This document shows, piece after piece, positions 1 to 11,716 of a stretch of 64,000 bases of DNA (its first letter is position 1; every line of letters begins with the position of its first letter). The stretch is from the NCBI GenBank assembly GCA_965153355.1, contig OZ231126.1, forward strand, positions 15,872,001 through 15,936,000, written 5' to 3'. Both the position numbers and the translations under genes were made by a program. The stretch is from Flaccisagitta enflata. Lineage: Eukaryota. A model generated the notes under the pieces. The model ran no database searches, was not told the origin of the DNA, and saw nothing but the letters and a program-made list of their open reading frames with translations.

Positions 1-3000
1 CCTCGACTTCGCCTTTTCCGATTCCTCCACCGGCGCTTCCTCAGACGCCGCCTCAGTCCACGGCTGTTACTACCACCACCAAAGTATTAGATACTTCCGT
101 TTGTCGAGACGTCGATCCCTCCTCGACGCTCTTTTCTCCGCCGCAATTGAAAGCGTCTCCGAAAGTGAGCCCTTCCTTGTTGCGACCCGTGGCTATGCCC
201 GTCGCATCATCCACCGCCCCGTCGGCTTCCGCTCTTTATTATCATCGTGGCGAAGAGCCTCCGGCGTGTATGGATAAGCAGTCTACTTTCAACGTTCATA
301 ACGACGATTCCTCGGCGTTCTCGAGGTTCCAGCAGCTCAATGGGTCGACGACGGCGTCAGCTTCCGATAGCGCTACGACTTCGATCTCCACGTGCCCGTC
401 AACTCCAACGTCCTCATCGACACCGCCACCGACGACGTCGGTTTACGAAAGTCCCGAGATTTCCACGTTGACGCGGACTCCGTTGTACGCAAGGTCCCCT
501 TCTACCAACGTCGTCGTGGATATGGATCCTAATGGGCGCTCCAATCCCATTCCGGATAATTTCTCCTCTCCGATCTCCGCGGAGCATTCTCTCGCCGTTA
601 CGCCGAAGAGTAACGCTTTGAAGTAAGTTGTTTAGAAGTAGAAGATGAGAAGGATAGCATGAATGACTTCGGAGCAGTATGGAATGATAAAAGTTGTTGA
701 TCCGTGAAGTTCTCACAGTTGGACGAACTCGAAGACAGACACTCGTTAAGATAGAGAAATAGAAATGGGAAAAAAATAATGGGAAAAAAAGTGAACTAAG
801 AGTGACAAAAGGTGAAAAAGAAAAAAGCCCTACAAAGATACAAAAACAAAAGGGCAAAACGACGAGAACCAAAAGAAAAAAAAGAAATAGATACAAAAAA
901 GTATTTAATAATAGTCGCAAAAGAGTTACATGGTCAGCGGTACCTGATGCCCCTAAGTTAGTGTACGTGGGAATAAGATTATGAGGGGCCGATGACCTAT
1001 GATTCCACATAGGACAATTTTCTCCGGTGTGAGAAGCTGGTTTGGAGGGCTGAGAGGCCTGATTTTGGCTCCAAAAGGTCTGATTTAGGGTGTGAGAGGT
1101 GTGGTTTGGGGTCTGAGAGGTTTGATTTGGGGTCTGAAAGGCCTTATTTGGGTCTGAGGGGTCTAATTTGGGGTCTGAAAAGCCTGACATGGGGTCTGAG
1201 GCCTGATTTGGATCTGAGAGGCCTAACTTGGGGTCTGAGAAGCCTGATCTGGCAGCCGGTTATCCTATAATTCTTATGATCGTAAGTTCATGGGTTAGAA
1301 GGCTTACAATCGTAGGTTTTCTGGACTCTATAACAAAGGGGAATTGAGTTATTTCTTCATAACCTTAAAAGCGCTGCTTCGATTTTTTTCATTTTTTAGG
1401 TCAGTATCTGGAGCGAGAATACTCACTTATGCATGCAAAAACTATCATCGCCACTCTTCTGTAAAAAGGTTAAATATGATAATAAATGTAGCTTTCTACA
1501 ATGCTTACGATTCTAGGTTTTCTTGCTTAGAAAGCTTACGATTCTAGGAAACTTGCATAGAAAGCTTACGATTCTAGGACTCCTTTGACTTAGTGTGCAT
1601 GTGTCAATAAAATGTTAAACAACCATATATTGTTCTTCTGCCTATTTTTGATTTGTATTTACACAAGGATGTGTAGTACAATAATCAAGTTTAAAACAGA
1701 CCTGTATATAGTTCTACAACATCCCCCCCCCCACCCTTGGGGGGCGGGAAATAATCAAAAGATTTGGAGATGGGGAAAAGATTTAAGAGGTAAAAAAGAG
1801 AAAAAAAGAAAATTTGGGAAAAATAAAAATTTTTGCAGTTCCAAATCATAAAAACCGATTAGTAAAACACAATCTAACACTATTCAAACCTTAAAAACAC
1901 TGTTTTCTTCCTATATAGGGAAGAAAATCATAACTTTTGTAATGCGACACAACATGTTGCGGGGAAGAAAATCAAAGGCAGGGGGGGGGGGGAGAAATTA
2001 ATCAAAAATTATAGAACTATATACATTCCTGGTTTAAAAACAAACAAAAGTAATACCATCACAAAAATAATTCATGAGAGAAAAACACTTGCGAGGGTAC
2101 TTACAGAACTTTCACAAACTTTATTAAGAAAGCCGTTTTTGGGCAGCGGCCCTGAAGGGGCCAATGACCTATGCTTTCACACATATGGGGAATTTTCTCC
2201 TCCTTCTTCTCCTTCCAACCTCCAGGCCCATATTTCAGCCTCGAGGCCTATATCCCAGCCTTGAGGCCCAAATCCCTGTCTTGAGGCCCAAATCCGAACC
2301 CCAAGGTTCAATTCCCAACCCCAAGGCCTAAATCCCAGTCTCAAGGGATTTGGGCCTCAAGACTGGGATTTGGGCCTCAAGGTTGGGATATGGGCCTCGA
2401 GACTGAAATATGGGCCTGGAGGTTGGGGGGAGGGGGGGGTACGGAGGAGGAGAAGGAGGAGAAAATTCCCCATATGTGTGAAAGCGTAGGTCATCGGCCC
2501 CTTCGGGGCCGCTGCCCTGCTCCCTCCTCAACTTCAACCACAACCTACTTGAGCAGGGCACGGGTACCGCTGACCATCTTGTGTCAACAAGATCTTCCCA
2601 TGATGGTCTCCCCAGTAATTTTTGCAGTTCAAATACACTTTGAGACCATCTGTAGCCAATGATTTTCCGGAACACAGGTGTAAGCAACTCGGAGATATCG
2701 TCTGTCATCATGATTGGAGACATAGACCATCTCAATGGCATTTGATAGCAAATCTATTTTCAAAAGTTTATAAAATCAGCTCTTTCACACTTCAAATCAG
2801 CCCTCGAAGACTATTGATATGCCCTCCCAGGCCTCAAATTTGCCCCTCCAGGCCTCAAATCAGAATTTTTGAATCAACACACCATATCCTCAAATCAGCC
2901 CTCTCAGGCCTCAAACCTAGTCGGACTACCCATGACAAAATTACCCTGTGTGAAATCATTGGTCATTAGCCCCTCCGGGCCTCCGGGGTCACTGGCCCAT

Positions 3001-5703
3001 TCACCAAATTCTTTCCAAACAATGATAAAAAACAATAAGCAACGGGAACTGCTGACCATGCTTAAGCGACCTGTTGTATTATTGCCCCTGCCCAACCGTC
3101 CACAACTGTCTTGCCATGTGTCCGGCGTTGTTTGATATTCATCCATTCAACAAAAATTACTGTCTTAAAACTTAGCTAGACTGGATGAGGTTGGAAGCTA
3201 GAACAATGAAATGTTTTCTTAGAATTGATCCTTGCCATAGTGTCATTCCATTGGTCTTTTTGTCCTTTATTGTGTCGGTTGCTCTCTGTCTCTGTCCAAC
3301 TAAGTTTGTCTTAATTTTGGTTTAGACTTGTTGTGGGAATATTTGTACCCTAACCAGGAAAATGAGTCAAGGAAAATGCAATGAAATTTGAAATTTGTAT
3401 GAGAAACACTCTTGAAACAATATCCTTGTCAGTTAAAAGCTATACATTCTTGACACTCCTGGCGAGTGTATCCAAATTTAGCAGACTTATCCCCTTAACA
3501 AATGCGAATGATTGATTTGTTTGAATGAATGTTGTTTATACGTTTATAGTTTAATGTTTTTGAAAAATCTATGAATGAATGAATGACTCAATAATGAATG
3601 AATGAATGAATGAATGAATGAATGAATGAATGAATGAATGAATGAATGAATGAATGAATAAATGAATAAATGAATGAGAATCGATTGGCGCTGCTTGTGT
3701 GATGAAAGAGCTTGGATTTTATAGTATTCCAAACATTTGCGTGATTGAGGGACCAACCAACCAACTAACCAACTGCCAGATCAATCGACAGACCAACAGA
3801 CACATCCCCGTATAGATATGAGAGGACGCACATAAAACAAAACAACCTGACAGCGGAAATTGATTCTGAGTCCATATCAACAAAGACCTAGAATCGTAAG
3901 CTTTCTATGCAAGTTTCTAGAATCGTAAGCTTTCTAGGCAAGAAAACCTAGAATCGTAAGCATTGTAGAAAGCCACATTCATCATCATATTTCACATGTT
4001 TATAGAAGAGTGGCGATGACAATTCCTTTTGGCGAAGATTAGTGGTCTCACTAACAATATTGAACCAAGAAATGAAAAAGATCGATTTAGCGCTTTTTGG
4101 GTTATGAAGGAAAAACCCATTTTCCCATTGTAAAAGAGTCCAGAAAACCTACGATTGTAAGCCTTCTAACCCATGAACTTACGATCGTAAGAAATATAGG
4201 ATAACCGGCTGTCTGGGGTCTGGGAGGCCTGATTTGGGGTCTGGAAGGCCTGATTTGGGGTCTGGGAGGCCTGATTTGAGGTCTGAGAAGCCTGATTTGG
4301 GGTCAGAAAGGTCTAGTTTGGAGTCGTAAAGGCCTGATTTGGGGTCTGAGAGGCTTTATTTGAGGCTTGGGGAGGGGGGGACGGACGGACGGATGGAAAA
4401 CAGAAACCGGAAACCGGAGAAAATTGCCCTATGTGGAATCATAGGTCCAAAAAGGAAGCAAGAAAAGAAATGAGAAAAGAGAAAGGAAAGAATGAAGGAA
4501 AGAAGAAAAAAGAATAGGAAGGGAATCCTCAATACGGCAATAATCAATTTCGCGTATTGCTCTTCTTTCAGTGTGGATTACCCGTCAACGTCGACATCTG
4601 TCTCGCTCGCGGAGCCCATAGTCAACTTGACGAGTTTCCTCCAGACAATATCCGGTTCGCAAGAGATGACAACTTCCGTTCCTCCGGGGTTTGAAAAGTG
4701 TCGCAGTACAGGGATCGTTATAGGACAGGAAGCTCTTCCTTCTCAGCCAGATAACGCCCTCCTGGTTGATGAACAGACTGGGGATGCGCCATCATCGAGC
4801 TTGTCAAGGGACGACTACGAGGATGCTACGGATACTCGTCACGATCATCATCGTCACCGCCGTCACGATTACAGAAATGAGGGGGAGGAGGAAGAGGAGC
4901 GCGTTATTGAAGAGGGAGAAATCGATGAGGATGACGAGGAAGAGGAGGAAGAGGAAAACACGACGCCGACGAGAAGAAACCAAAACATTACGCCTAAACG
5001 ACGTCAATTCAACGTTTCCGAATCCATGTACAAATCCGTGTTGGTCCATTCTGCTTCCAAACGATTCCAGGAGTCTCTTATGGAGGAAATCCGGAAAGAA
5101 GATGAAATGAACGACCACGAGTTTCAACGAGAGGCGGAGCGAGAGGCTGAGGATGCGACGGTGGCGACGACGGAGGATGTGGAACTGCCTGAGGAGCTCG
5201 TCGATTCTCTCGGCATGATTTCTTTGGCTAACGCGGCCGAATTACATCGTGGTGGCAAAGAGGGGAATGACGGTGGTAACCACGATGGTGTTGAATCTTC
5301 AAATTCCTCGTCGTCATCCTCTTCCTGTCAGCATCCTCTGCCTCCGGCTAGCACGCTTTTGAATCTTTCGGCCGCGATGCCCAGCTCTGACCATGTTCTT
5401 GGAGCGCCGGTCACCACCGCATCATCATCATCCACTTTGTTCGAATCGACGACCAGCTTCGCGGCTCCCATCGAGGTCGTCACTACCGAAAACGACGATC
5501 GGAACGAACAGCTCGACCTGGCTGGCCAAATGGCGCAACTTGCCAATTACTCTTACGCGATGGGCAACATGCCCTCCAACGCCTTTGATTATTTGAGATT
5601 ATACGATTCCCAAGTGCTTAACAACAATTCCGTCATTCTGGACAACGAAAGAAATGATCAGAACGCCTTCTCCACGAATGGATTTTATGAATTTCAACGA
5701 TAA
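1..5703 (+). CDS. 3' part of an unidentified Ser/Thr/Pro-rich and acidic low-complexity protein; exons <1-622 and 4572-5703
   Basis: The frame is open from base 3 to the donor AA|GTAAGT at 623. The acceptor tcttctttcAG ends at 4571. The phase-2 join gives AA+T=Asn (..SNALN-VDYPST..) and continues the 4492..5703 ORF to TAA. No domain recognised; the 5' part lies outside the window. Confidence 0.7.
1697..2031. mobile_element. hAT-type MITE
   Basis: CAG...CTG ends, IR TGTATATAGTTCTA/TAGAACTATATACA, and an 8-bp TSD GTTTAAAA at 1689-1696 and 2032-2039. Confidence 0.8.
2137..2580 (+). mobile_element. Complete copy of the asymmetric subterminal-IR element with a 14-bp minisatellite core
   Basis: TTTT then GGGCAGCGGCCCTGAAGGGGCCAATGACCTATGCTTTCACACATATGGGGAATTTTCTCC, mirrored at ~2458-2517. 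The core has GGCCCAAATCCCAG-type repeats in both orientations, followed by a ~60-bp tail ending GGTACCGCTGACCATCTT. Confidence 0.8.
3571..3676. repeat. (GAAT)n microsatellite
   Basis: Direct reading. Confidence 0.95.
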
Positions 5704-5989
5704 ACACTTTCGCTTTTGTTTTTGTCCTCATTCAAAGAATCTAAGGGTTTTCCATTTTTATTTTAGGCCATGTTTACTTTTAACGCTTTTTGTCCGCGAC
5801 GGAATACCATTCCGACGCGGACTATAATTCGAGGCGGGTGGGTGTCGTCGTTGTCGTCGTCGTTGTTGTCGTTGTCGTCGTCCACACTTTTAAAAATGGG
5901 CTAACTTTTGAACGCCTTGACCGATTTGCTTCATATTTGGAGGGAAGTTGTACTAGGGTAAGCCGCTTTGCATCCTATGCGTATGTTAT

Positions 5990-7040
5990 GATCCGACCCA
6001 CCCAACCGGCCCAACCAGCCTACCAGCCTAAAAGTGAAAAACGTGCATAACTTTGGCATTTTTCAACCGATTTGGTTGAAACTTGGTATGTAGTCTCTAA
6101 ATGGAAGGACTCAACATATGTAATTGAATTGTAAAGATTTTAGCATGCTAACCAGCCAAACCGGCCTACCACCCAACTAGCCTACCAGCCAAAAAGTGAA
6201 AAACGTGCATAACTTCGGCATTTTTCAACGGATTTGGTTAAAACTTGGTATGTTGTCTCTAAATGGAAGGACTCTACATATGTATTTGAATTGTAAAGAT
6301 TTTAGCTTGCTAACTGGCCATACTGGTCTACCACCCAACTAGCCTACCAGCCAAAAAGTGAAAAAGTGCATAACTTCAGCATTTTTCAACCGATTTGGTT
6401 GAAACTTGGTATGTAGTCTCTAAATAGAAGGACTCAACATATGTATTTGAATTGTAAAGATTTTAGCATACTAACCGGCCAAACCGACCTACCACCCAAC
6501 TGGCCTACCAGCCAAAAAGTGAAAAACGTGCATAACTTCGGCATTTTTCAACCGATTTGGTTGAAACTTGGTATGTAGTCTCTAAATGGAAGGACTCAAC
6601 ATATGTATTTGATTTGTAAAGATCATAGCATGCTAACCAGCCAAACTGGCCTACCACCCAACCAGCCTACCAGCATAAAAGTGAAAAACATGCATAACTT
6701 TGGCATTTTTCAACTGATTCGGTTGAAACTTGGTATGTAGTCTCTAAATGGAAGGACTCAACATATGAATTTGATTCATAAAGATTTTAGCATGCTAACT
6801 GACCAAACCGGCCTACCACCCAACCAGCCTACCAGCCTTAAAGTGAAAAACATGCAAAACTTCAGCATTTTTCAATCAATTTGGTCAAAACTTGGTATAA
6901 AGTCTCTAAACAGAAGGACTAAACATATGTTTGTGATTCATGAAGATTTTAGCATGCAAAACGGCCAAACTGGCCTACCACCTAACCAGCCTACCATCTA
7001 AAAGTGAAAAATTAGCAAAGCTTTGGTATTTTTCAAATGA
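5990..7040 (+). repeat. ~161-bp tandem satellite, about 6.5 copies
   Basis: AAAAGTGAAAAAC(G/A)TGCATAACTT recurs near 6030, 6191, 6353, 6514, 6677, 6839 and 7000. Confidence 0.95.
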
Positions 7041-7041
7041 T

Positions 7042-7420
7042 TTGGTTGAAACTTTGTACGCTTGACAATACCATTTGACAATGCCATTTGACAATGCCAT
7101 TTGACAATGCCATTTGACAATGCCATTTGACAATGCCATTTGACAATGTCATTTGACAATGCCATTTGACAACGCCGTTTGACAACGCCGTTTGACAACG
7201 CCGTTTGACAACGCCGTTTGACAACGCCGTTTGACAACGCCGTTTGACAACGCCGTTTGACAACGCCGTTTGACAACGCCGTTTGACAACGCCGTTTGAC
7301 AACGCCGTTTGACAACGCCGTTTGACAACGCCGTTTGACAACGCCGTTTGACAACGCCGTTTGACAACGCCGTTTGACAACGCCGTTTGACAACGCCGTT
7401 TGACAACGCCGTTTGACAAT
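7042..7420 (+). repeat. 12-bp minisatellite TTGACAATGCCA then TTGACAACGCCG
   Basis: Direct reading; two homogeneous variant blocks that switch near 7165. Confidence 0.95.
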
Positions 7421-8050
7421 GCTGATTGACCCCAGTCGCGGACCCATACTCTTTCAAGATTTTTCATTCCAATTTAACTCTCATATTGACACACTGTTGC
7501 TTTTTTCGCAATCGTGCCTTTTGTCCTTCTCTTGGGCGACGTTACTAGTACTTTGCCACGTCATTGCTTTGATTAATATTTGTTAGCGATTATCGTGTCG
7601 GGCTTGTTATATCGCTATGAGTTCAAAAGCTTTATTTATTACCTGAACCGCCTGGATGATTTTCCCTTTTTTACCCATTTCCATTTTATACTTGGCTTAT
7701 GAATCGTTTCTCATGTGCTGAGCGATAAGCAGTTTATTTTCTCAGCTAGTTGGATGCATAATCAACCAGATTTCAAACGTGAGATTTCTGTAGATATTTA
7801 ATCGAGTTTATTATTTGTTTATTGACTTCATTGCGTTGTAAATTTGTCTTTGTAATTGTTAAACCTTTTTTTGATACCAATGAAATTTTTGCATATTTTA
7901 TTTTTAGTGATAGCTGACAAAAAAGAATATTCTTCGTTGACATTTAATTTACGAATTTAGTTTAGGACATTTTTCTCTTCGGCCTTTAGTTTTGATTCCT
8001 CATCATCGTCGGACAAGGTAAGGTGGTGACACTTTCCACGTCATATTTTA

Positions 8051-8836
8051 CCACGCAAATAAAAAAGACGCACCCCTTTATTTATAAATAAAACAGATCA
8101 AAAAAAAGATTATAACTATTTTGAATTTAGTCATTTTTTAAGATTTTCAAAAAATATTTCATTCTAGACCAACCTCAGGTCTGTATCTCAAATGGTTTAG
8201 GAGCTAGAGCTCTACAAAGAGAAGCACTATTTTGCTAAAATGCACATTTTACATAGGGATTGCGAAATTGAAACAGGCAACATTTGTACTCAAACTACAG
8301 ACAGGACCCTAGTAAGAGGTGAGGAGGGACCCAAAGGTTTAGCAGCCCCCCCTACAGCTCACATGGCTCAAGTAATTTTCTCACTTCCAATAGCGGTTGA
8401 CACCTTAGGTGGATACAATTGGCGCCACCGTGGCGATTTTTGAATTTCCATTTAGAACACCCCTAAATTTAAATAAATTGTCTAAATTTGCCCCCCAAAA
8501 AATGAACATTTTTTTCCACTAATTTTGAAAATTTAGGGGTGTTCTAGGTGGAAATTCAAAAAAACGCTACGGTGGCGCCACTTAAGGTGTCAACCGCCAC
8601 TGGAAATGAGAAAATTGTTTTAGACATGTAAGCTGTAGGGGGGGCTGCTAAACATTTGGGTCCCTCCTCACCTCTTATTAGGGTCCTGTCTGTAATGCTA
8701 TTTCTAAACGAAAAAAGATAGAAATACCAGATTGGCGCCATATGAAAGTTCTTTCAAAAGGCTTTAAAATGGTTCTTTGAATTTTCATGGCTAACTGAGC
8801 TAATTAAAAGTGCGTCTTTTTTTTTTATTTGCGTGG
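8051..8836. mobile_element. TA-flanked MITE (CCACGC...GCGTGG)
   Basis: TIR CCACGCAAATAAAAAAGACGCAC / GTGCGTCTTTTTTTTTTATTTGCGTGG, with TA on both sides. Confidence 0.75.
8298..8692. mobile_element. Tc1/mariner-type palindromic MITE nested in the previous element
   Basis: TA|CAGACAGGACCCT ... AGGGTCCTGTCTG|TA with ~180-bp arms. Confidence 0.85.
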
Positions 8837-8859
8837 TAACTACTATTGATTTCTTCAAT

Positions 8860-9900
8860 TTCTTTCTATTTCCTTCTATTTCTTTCAATTTCTTTCAATT
8901 TCTTTCAATTTCTTTCAATTTCTTTCAATTTCTTTCAATTTCTTTCAATTTCTTTCAATTTCTTTCAATTTCTTTCAATTTCTTTCAATTTCTTTCAATT
9001 TCTTTCAATTTCTTTCAATTTCTTTCAATTTCTTTCAATTTCTTTCTATTTCTTTCTATTTCTTTCTATTTCTTTCTATTTCTTTCTATTTCTTTCTATT
9101 TCTTTCTATTTCTTTCTATTTCTTTCTATTTCTTTCTATTTCTTTCTATTTCTTTCTATTTCTTTCTATTTCTTTCTATTTCTTTCTATTTCTTTCTATT
9201 TCTTTCTATTTCTTTCTATTTCTTTCTATTTCTTTCTATTTCTTTCTATTTCTTTCTATTTCTTTCTATTTCTTTCTATTTCTTTCTATTTCTTTCTATT
9301 TCTTTCTATTTCTTTCTATTTCTTTCTATTTCTTTCTATTTCTTTCTATTTCTTCCTATTTCTTCCTATCTCTTTCTATTTCTTTCTATTTCTTTCTATT
9401 TCTTTCTATTTCTTTCTATTTCGTTCTATTTCGTTCTATTTCGTTCTATTTCTTTCTATTTCTTTCTATTTCGTTCTATTTCGTTCTATTTCTTTCTATT
9501 TCTTTCTGTTTCTTTCTATTTCTTTCTATGTCCTTCTATGTCTTTCTATGTCTTTCAGTTTCTTTCAGTTTCTCTCAGTTTCTCTCAGTTTCTCTCAGTT
9601 TCTTTAAGTTTCTTTTCTTTCAGTTTCTTTTCTTTCAGTTTCTTTCAGTTTCTTTTCTCTCAGTTTCTTTTCTTTCAGTTTCTTTTCTTTCAGTTTCTTT
9701 TCTTTCAGTTTCTTTTCAAGATTTCAGTTTCTTTTCTTTCAGTTTCTTTTCAAGATTTCAGTTTCTTTCAGTTTCTTTCAGTTTCTTTCAGTTTCTTTCA
9801 GTTTCTTTCAGTTTCTTTCAGTTTCTTTCAGTTTCTTTCAGTTTCTTTCAGTTTCTTTCAGTTTCTTTCAGTATCTTTCGGTTTCTTTCGGTATCTTTCG
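8860..9900 (+). repeat. 10-bp pyrimidine-rich minisatellite (TTTCTTTCAA / TTTCTTTCTA / TTTCTTTCAG blocks)
   Basis: Direct reading; it explains the spurious F/L/S-rich ORFs here. Confidence 0.95.
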
Positions 9901-11716
9901 ATTTCCCAGTTGCATACCTCCTTCACCCCTTCTCCTTGAATACTTCCTTTACTTAATTGACTTATTTAGTTGATTTACTTCCTTGACTTCATTGCGTCTG
10001 TTTTTGTGTATGATACCAGGTCTGAACCAAGGATACCTGTCGTACGTCTTGTGTGGGCCGGTCCTCATTAGCTGGCGGCTGGCGGCTCCTGGGCCCCTTT
10101 CTTAACGCCAGCTTAACGGACCACTTTGGACGTCGACCTGGCCCGGGAGCAAGGCCGGCCGCCGCACCCCGTCGCGTGTATAGTATCAGTCAAATGAAAT
10201 CAATGAAAATATATTGAATTTGCATTGAAAAATCTATGACACTACATGAAAGAAAACAAGTCGGCGGAAAGAAAAAATAGCGAAAATCTCGCGAAGCATC
10301 GAGGTAAGTTGTCAGTTGTGGTTTTGAAAATGGTAGTCAATCGGATCATTTAGAAGTTCCGGACTTTGCTATCGCCAATTTTGTCCACAGTTGAACTTCG
10401 GTTTATAGCATTCTTGGGAATGTTAAGGCGCAAAATGTATTTATAACTGTATTTTTAACTGTCACGCTTGGTAATATCTGAAATAAAAGCGCTGTTTAAC
10501 GAAGTTGTTCTGTTGTGGTGTTGAGATTCTTTTATTTCCATCTCCTTGCTTTTGCGTTCATCATTTTCCATCAAGCCAATTGCAATTGCCAACAAGTGAT
10601 AGACAAAAGGGGAGTCAAAAAGGAACAAATTTTCATTTGCCTCTTATCGGAGAATTATTTAGGCCACTCACAAGAAAAGACAAGCAAACAAATTGTGAGT
10701 TTATGTGGTTGTGTCATCCCTATTCTGAAATCATAAAAGAAGTTGATCACTGTAGTGCCAGCACTAGCCAACAATTTGGCCTTAAATCATCAGTCAACTT
10801 CATCTTCAACTTGGGCACTTCAGAGATAATTCATAGATTCCCATTGAAGCCGATTATAGGCTGAACGAAAATGGAAGCTTCCTTTTGACTACCCTACTAG
10901 GAAATGGTTGTAATATCTCAAAGGCCGTCGTTGTAAGCACCCTTACTAAGCAATTTTCATATTTGATCAGATTACGGCCCGATTGTTCTGTTCTATCACT
11001 ATACTGCTCCTAATGCGATATGAATGAGAAGATGACTATGTATTGGCTCGCTTGAGGCCAAATCAAAGCCATAAATGTGTGGTTAAAAAAGCTCATTACT
11101 GCGTTAATACACGTGATCATTGTTTGAAATCTTGTTTCTACATGCGAAATAAACGTGACTTGTCATTGCGTTTTGTCATTGAGCTAATGAGTGAGCTAGG
11201 AACTTCTAGTTTTCCACCAAAGTGAACTGTATGTTTGGAAAAAAAAACACATATGTTATCCATCAGGTTCTCCCGACTTGTCCAGTAAGGCTGTCACTTC
11301 ACAAACATCTCAGTGGAATCCTCTAGAAATGATACTAAGTAGTATAATCTCATTGAGATAAAGCAGAGAATTTAGCGTACTCTAGTGTAGATTTAAAAGT
11401 GGTTGTGGTAAAGGGGGGAGGGTCAAATGGATCACCTACCGATCCGAATAAGATAATTTTTGTTGCGCATTTTATATGCAATTTTTATACCAAGGAAAAT
11501 TGTATTGCTCTCGTTTACTTGTGAGCTTAAAATGTTCATGATACTCTTACATGAAAAGGGTGCTCTATTTTAAAGGTGGATTGAGTTCAAATAGAGGAAT
11601 TCTTTGCCGATCAAAAAGTTAGTAACACCTCACACCTGTGCACCAATTATTGCAACAACTTGTCAGACCGAAAATGAAAAGAAAGAAAATGGTGTCTCCA
11701 CTATCAGCTACTACTT

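Larger units (their letters stand above)
1253..4211. mobile_element. Non-autonomous TIR DNA transposon with CAG...CTG ends and a 5-bp TSD (hAT5-like by TSD length)
   Basis: About 320-bp imperfect TIRs (CAGCCGGTTATCCTATA at 1253 / TATAGGATAACCGGCTG ending 4211). TCTGG is duplicated at 1248-1252 and 4212-4216. The motif CTTACGATTCTAGG is repeated inside both arms. Confidence 0.85.
929..4447 (-). mobile_element. Interrupted copy of an asymmetric subterminal-IR element with an internal 21-bp minisatellite
   Basis: IR GACCTATGATTCCACATAGGACAATTTTCTCCGG (~993-1027) matches CCGGAGAAAATTGCCCTATGTGGAATCATAGGTC (~4414-4447). The 21-bp repeat GGCCTGATTTGGGGTCTGAGA occupies ~1040-1250 and 4212-4360. The one-sided tail ATGGTCAGCGGTACC at ~930 is shared with copies at 2137-2580 and 23268-23860. 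Confidence 0.7.
5785..7465 (+). mobile_element. Large DINE-1/HINE-like (Helentron-associated) element carrying satellite arrays
   Basis: TTTT, then a 5' stem-loop GTCCGCG...CGCGGAC (~5792-5822), a (GTC/GTT)n microsatellite (5843-5882), central tandem arrays, the subterminal IR GTCGCGGAC (~7435-7443) and a T-run. This is the module order of DINE-1-like elements. Confidence 0.65.

Noticed and set aside
5990-7420. CRISPR-like array
   Set aside because: Head-to-tail satellite units with no unique spacers, no cas genes, and a eukaryotic context.
8833-9956. Long F/L/S-rich ORFs, and similar ORFs at 6998-7467, 27757-29243, 30590-31341, 45128-45646 and 48337-49101
   Set aside because: Translations of micro- and minisatellites that happen to lack stop codons.
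10055-10100. HDV-like ribozyme (GGCCGG..TCCTC..GCTGGCG..TGGGC resemblance)
   Set aside because: I could not build the P3 helix or the nested double pseudoknot; the similarity is only in short words.
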